A DNA stretch of 64,000 nt, from the NCBI GenBank assembly GCA_965112735.1, contig OZ218964.1, positions 2,675,909 through 2,739,908 of the forward strand, read 5' to 3'. Below, one piece after another: positions 58,301-64,000 of this stretch. The stretch's first letter is position 1, and each line of letters opens with the position of its first letter. This stretch comes from Phaeosaccion multiseriatum (Eukaryota; Protista; Ochrophyta, other classes). Position numbers and translations under genes: made by a program. The notes below the pieces were generated by a model, which worked only from the letters and a program-made list of their open reading frames with translations, ran no database searches and was not told the DNA's origin.

Positions 58301-61300
58301 GGGTTAGGGTTAGGGTTAGGGTTAGGGTTAGGGTTAGGGTTAGGGTTAGGGTTAGGGTTAGGGTTAGGGTTAGGGTTAGGGTTAGGGTTAGGGTTAGGGT
58401 TAGGGTTAGGGTTAGGGTTAGGGTTAGGGTTAGGGTTAGGGTTAGGGTTAGGGTTAGGGTTAGGGTTAGGGTTAGGGTTAGGGTTAGGGTTAGGGTTAGG
58501 GTTAGGGTTAGGGTTAGGGTTAGGGTTAGGGTTAGGGTTAGGGTTAGGGTTAGGGTTAGGGTTAGGGTTAGGGTTAGGGTTAGGGTTAGGGTTAGGGTTA
58601 GGGTTAGGGTTAGGGTTAGGGTTAGGGTTAGGGTTAGGGTTAGGGTTAGGGTTAGGGTTAGGGTTAGGGTTAGGGTTAGGGTTAGGGTTAGGGTTAGGGT
58701 TAGGGTTAGGGTTAGGGTTAGGGTTAGGGTTAGGGTTAGGGTTAGGGTTAGGGTTAGGGTTAGGGTTAGGGTTAGGGTTAGGGTTAGGGTTAGGGTTAGG
58801 GTTAGGGTTAGGGTTAGGGTTAGGGTTAGGGTTAGGGTTAGGGTTAGGGTTAGGGTTAGGGTTAGGGTTAGGGTTAGGGTTAGGGTTAGGGTTAGGGTTA
58901 GGGTTAGGGTTAGGGTTAGGGTTAGGGTTAGGGTTAGGGTTAGGGTTAGGGTTAGGGTTAGGGTTAGGGTTAGGGTTAGGGTTAGGGTTAGGGTTAGGGT
59001 TAGGGTTAGGGTTAGGGTTAGGGTTAGGGTTAGGGTTAGGGTTAGGGTTAGGGTTAGGGTTAGGGTTAGGGTTAGGGTTAGGGTTAGGGTTAGGGTTAGG
59101 GTTAGGGTTAGGGTTAGGGTTAGGGTTAGGGTTAGGGTTAGGGTTAGGGTTAGGGTTAGGGTTAGGGTTAGGGTTAGGGTTAGGGTTAGGGTTAGGGTTA
59201 GGGTTAGGGTTAGGGTTAGGGTTAGGGTTAGGGTTAGGGTTAGGGTTAGGGTTAGGGTTAGGGTTAGGGTTAGGGTTAGGGTTAGGGTTAGGGTTAGGGT
59301 TAGGGTTAGGGTTAGGGTTAGGGTTAGGGTTAGGGTTAGGGTTAGGGTTAGGGTTAGGGTTAGGGTTAGGGTTAGGGTTAGGGTTAGGGTTAGGGTTAGG
59401 GTTAGGGTTAGGGTTAGGGTTAGGGTTAGGGTTAGGGTTAGGGTTAGGGTTAGGGTTAGGGTTAGGGTTAGGGTTAGGGTTAGGGTTAGGGTTAGGGTTA
59501 GGGTTAGGGTTAGGGTTAGGGTTAGGGTTAGGGTTAGGGTTAGGGTTAGGGTTAGGGTTAGGGTTAGGGTTAGGGTTAGGGTTAGGGTTAGGGTTAGGGT
59601 TAGGGTTAGGGTTAGGGTTAGGGTTAGGGTTAGGGTTAGGGTTAGGGTTAGGGTTAGGGTTAGGGTTAGGGTTAGGGTTAGGGTTAGGGTTAGGGTTAGG
59701 GTTAGGGTTAGGGTTAGGGTTAGGGTTAGGGTTAGGGTTAGGGTTAGGGTTAGGGTTAGGGTTAGGGTTAGGGTTAGGGTTAGGGTTAGGGTTAGGGTTA
59801 GGGTTAGGGTTAGGGTTAGGGTTAGGGTTAGGGTTAGGGTTAGGGTTAGGGTTAGGGTTAGGGTTAGGGTTAGGGTTAGGGTTAGGGTTAGGGTTAGGGT
59901 TAGGGTTAGGGTTAGGGTTAGGGTTAGGGTTAGGGTTAGGGTTAGGGTTAGGGTTAGGGTTAGGGTTAGGGTTAGGGTTAGGGTTAGGGTTAGGGTTAGG
60001 GTTAGGGTTAGGGTTAGGGTTAGGGTTAGGGTTAGGGTTAGGGTTAGGGTTAGGGTTAGGGTTAGGGTTAGGGTTAGGGTTAGGGTTAGGGTTAGGGTTA
60101 GGGTTAGGGTTAGGGTTAGGGTTAGGGTTAGGGTTAGGGTTAGGGTTAGGGTTAGGGTTAGGGTTAGGGTTAGGGTTAGGGTTAGGGTTAGGGTTAGGGT
60201 TAGGGTTAGGGTTAGGGTTAGGGTTAGGGTTAGGGTTAGGGTTAGGGTTAGGGTTAGGGTTAGGGTTAGGGTTAGGGTTAGGGTTAGGGTTAGGGTTAGG
60301 GTTAGGGTTAGGGTTAGGGTTAGGGTTAGGGTTAGGGTTAGGGTTAGGGTTAGGGTTAGGGTTAGGGTTAGGGTTAGGGTTAGGGTTAGGGTTAGGGTTA
60401 GGGTTAGGGTTAGGGTTAGGGTTAGGGTTAGGGTTAGGGTTAGGGTTAGGGTTAGGGTTAGGGTTAGGGTTAGGGTTAGGGTTAGGGTTAGGGTTAGGGT
60501 TAGGGTTAGGGTTAGGGTTAGGGTTAGGGTTAGGGTTAGGGTTAGGGTTAGGGTTAGGGTTAGGGTTAGGGTTAGGGTTAGGGTTAGGGTTAGGGTTAGG
60601 GTTAGGGTTAGGGTTAGGGTTAGGGTTAGGGTTAGGGTTAGGGTTAGGGTTAGGGTTAGGGTTAGGGTTAGGGTTAGGGTTAGGGTTAGGGTTAGGGTTA
60701 GGGTTAGGGTTAGGGTTAGGGTTAGGGTTAGGGTTAGGGTTAGGGTTAGGGTTAGGGTTAGGGTTAGGGTTAGGGTTAGGGTTAGGGTTAGGGTTAGGGT
60801 TAGGGTTAGGGTTAGGGTTAGGGTTAGGGTTAGGGTTAGGGTTAGGGTTAGGGTTAGGGTTAGGGTTAGGGTTAGGGTTAGGGTTAGGGTTAGGGTTAGG
60901 GTTAGGGTTAGGGTTAGGGTTAGGGTTAGGGTTAGGGTTAGGGTTAGGGTTAGGGTTAGGGTTAGGGTTAGGGTTAGGGTTAGGGTTAGGGTTAGGGTTA
61001 GGGTTAGGGTTAGGGTTAGGGTTAGGGTTAGGGTTAGGGTTAGGGTTAGGGTTAGGGTTAGGGTTAGGGTTAGGGTTAGGGTTAGGGTTAGGGTTAGGGT
61101 TAGGGTTAGGGTTAGGGTTAGGGTTAGGGTTAGGGTTAGGGTTAGGGTTAGGGTTAGGGTTAGGGTTAGGGTTAGGGTTAGGGTTAGGGTTAGGGTTAGG
61201 GTTAGGGTTAGGGTTAGGGTTAGGGTTAGGGTTAGGGTTAGGGTTAGGGTTAGGGTTAGGGTTAGGGTTAGGGTTAGGGTTAGGGTTAGGGTTAGGGTTA

Positions 61301-64000
61301 GGGTTAGGGTTAGGGTTAGGGTTAGGGTTAGGGTTAGGGTTAGGGTTAGGGTTAGGGTTAGGGTTAGGGTTAGGGTTAGGGTTAGGGTTAGGGTTAGGGT
61401 TAGGGTTAGGGTTAGGGTTAGGGTTAGGGTTAGGGTTAGGGTTAGGGTTAGGGTTAGGGTTAGGGTTAGGGTTAGGGTTAGGGTTAGGGTTAGGGTTAGG
61501 GTTAGGGTTAGGGTTAGGGTTAGGGTTAGGGTTAGGGTTAGGGTTAGGGTTAGGGTTAGGGTTAGGGTTAGGGTTAGGGTTAGGGTTAGGGTTAGGGTTA
61601 GGGTTAGGGTTAGGGTTAGGGTTAGGGTTAGGGTTAGGGTTAGGGTTAGGGTTAGGGTTAGGGTTAGGGTTAGGGTTAGGGTTAGGGTTAGGGTTAGGGT
61701 TAGGGTTAGGGTTAGGGTTAGGGTTAGGGTTAGGGTTAGGGTTAGGGTTAGGGTTAGGGTTAGGGTTAGGGTTAGGGTTAGGGTTAGGGTTAGGGTTAGG
61801 GTTAGGGTTAGGGTTAGGGTTAGGGTTAGGGTTAGGGTTAGGGTTAGGGTTAGGGTTAGGGTTAGGGTTAGGGTTAGGGTTAGGGTTAGGGTTAGGGTTA
61901 GGGTTAGGGTTAGGGTTAGGGTTAGGGTTAGGGTTAGGGTTAGGGTTAGGGTTAGGGTTAGGGTTAGGGTTAGGGTTAGGGTTAGGGTTAGGGTTAGGGT
62001 TAGGGTTAGGGTTAGGGTTAGGGTTAGGGTTAGGGTTAGGGTTAGGGTTAGGGTTAGGGTTAGGGTTAGGGTTAGGGTTAGGGTTAGGGTTAGGGTTAGG
62101 GTTAGGGTTAGGGTTAGGGTTAGGGTTAGGGTTAGGGTTAGGGTTAGGGTTAGGGTTAGGGTTAGGGTTAGGGTTAGGGTTAGGGTTAGGGTTAGGGTTA
62201 GGGTTAGGGTTAGGGTTAGGGTTAGGGTTAGGGTTAGGGTTAGGGTTAGGGTTAGGGTTAGGGTTAGGGTTAGGGTTAGGGTTAGGGTTAGGGTTAGGGT
62301 TAGGGTTAGGGTTAGGGTTAGGGTTAGGGTTAGGGTTAGGGTTAGGGTTAGGGTTAGGGTTAGGGTTAGGGTTAGGGTTAGGGTTAGGGTTAGGGTTAGG
62401 GTTAGGGTTAGGGTTAGGGTTAGGGTTAGGGTTAGGGTTAGGGTTAGGGTTAGGGTTAGGGTTAGGGTTAGGGTTAGGGTTAGGGTTAGGGTTAGGGTTA
62501 GGGTTAGGGTTAGGGTTAGGGTTAGGGTTAGGGTTAGGGTTAGGGTTAGGGTTAGGGTTAGGGTTAGGGTTAGGGTTAGGGTTAGGGTTAGGGTTAGGGT
62601 TAGGGTTAGGGTTAGGGTTAGGGTTAGGGTTAGGGTTAGGGTTAGGGTTAGGGTTAGGGTTAGGGTTAGGGTTAGGGTTAGGGTTAGGGTTAGGGTTAGG
62701 GTTAGGGTTAGGGTTAGGGTTAGGGTTAGGGTTAGGGTTAGGGTTAGGGTTAGGGTTAGGGTTAGGGTTAGGGTTAGGGTTAGGGTTAGGGTTAGGGTTA
62801 GGGTTAGGGTTAGGGTTAGGGTTAGGGTTAGGGTTAGGGTTAGGGTTAGGGTTAGGGTTAGGGTTAGGGTTAGGGTTAGGGTTAGGGTTAGGGTTAGGGT
62901 TAGGGTTAGGGTTAGGGTTAGGGTTAGGGTTAGGGTTAGGGTTAGGGTTAGGGTTAGGGTTAGGGTTAGGGTTAGGGTTAGGGTTAGGGTTAGGGTTAGG
63001 GTTAGGGTTAGGGTTAGGGTTAGGGTTAGGGTTAGGGTTAGGGTTAGGGTTAGGGTTAGGGTTAGGGTTAGGGTTAGGGTTAGGGTTAGGGTTAGGGTTA
63101 GGGTTAGGGTTAGGGTTAGGGTTAGGGTTAGGGTTAGGGTTAGGGTTAGGGTTAGGGTTAGGGTTAGGGTTAGGGTTAGGGTTAGGGTTAGGGTTAGGGT
63201 TAGGGTTAGGGTTAGGGTTAGGGTTAGGGTTAGGGTTAGGGTTAGGGTTAGGGTTAGGGTTAGGGTTAGGGTTAGGGTTAGGGTTAGGGTTAGGGTTAGG
63301 GTTAGGGTTAGGGTTAGGGTTAGGGTTAGGGTTAGGGTTAGGGTTAGGGTTAGGGTTAGGGTTAGGGTTAGGGTTAGGGTTAGGGTTAGGGTTAGGGTTA
63401 GGGTTAGGGTTAGGGTTAGGGTTAGGGTTAGGGTTAGGGTTAGGGTTAGGGTTAGGGTTAGGGTTAGGGTTAGGGTTAGGGTTAGGGTTAGGGTTAGGGT
63501 TAGGGTTAGGGTTAGGGTTAGGGTTAGGGTTAGGGTTAGGGTTAGGGTTAGGGTTAGGGTTAGGGTTAGGGTTAGGGTTAGGGTTAGGGTTAGGGTTAGG
63601 GTTAGGGTTAGGGTTAGGGTTAGGGTTAGGGTTAGGGTTAGGGTTAGGGTTAGGGTTAGGGTTAGGGTTAGGGTTAGGGTTAGGGTTAGGGTTAGGGTTA
63701 GGGTTAGGGTTAGGGTTAGGGTTAGGGTTAGGGTTAGGGTTAGGGTTAGGGTTAGGGTTAGGGTTAGGGTTAGGGTTAGGGTTAGGGTTAGGGTTAGGGT
63801 TAGGGTTAGGGTTAGGGTTAGGGTTAGGGTTAGGGTTAGGGTTAGGGTTAGGGTTAGGGTTAGGGTTAGGGTTAGGGTTAGGGTTAGGGTTAGGGTTAGG
63901 GTTAGGGTTAGGGTTAGGGTTAGGGTTAGGGTTAGGGTTAGGGTTAGGGTTAGGGTTAGGGTTAGGGTTAGGGTTAGGGTTAGGGTTAGGGTTAGGGTTA
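55333..64000 (+). repeat. Telomere, (TTAGGG)n, at least 8,668 bp (~1,444 units)
   Basis: Uninterrupted gttaggg... to the window end. The G-rich strand runs 5'->3' toward the end, as expected for a right chromosome terminus. Confidence 0.99.

Overview
This is the right-hand end of a GC-rich, intron-rich eukaryotic chromosome. It probably belongs to a photosynthetic stramenopile, inferred from the TTAGGG telomere, a subtilase with LNR repeats and an ASAFAP-like motif. Bases 1-45.2 kb are gene-dense. Manual splicing gives six multi-exon genes: a 5'-partial 22-exon PPR protein (+), an FGGY/gluconokinase-like kinase (+), an ELMO-domain protein (-), an ETHE1-type persulfide dioxygenase (-), a 28-exon S8 subtilase with LNR repeats and a GPI-type tail (-), and a PPM1A/B-type PP2C (-). 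There are also two intronless genes: a SnoaL/NTF2-like protein and a secreted Methyltransf_22/METTL24-like protein. Mobile DNA comprises a 2,449-bp Sola2-like DNA transposon (18-bp TIRs, CTTT target-site duplication), a 3' fragment of a CRE-like non-LTR retroelement and a probable transposon end. Bases 45.8-55.3 kb are a 176-bp subtelomeric satellite with two subfamilies and higher-order repeats. It is fused directly to at least 8.6 kb of perfect (TTAGGG)n. The least explained signal is in the introns. Two non-microsatellite 13-17-nt motifs and short telomeric repeats recur in unrelated genes with a mirror polarity: one strand follows donors and its reverse complement precedes acceptors. Most short ORFs in the six-frame track are artefacts of microsatellites and satellite DNA.
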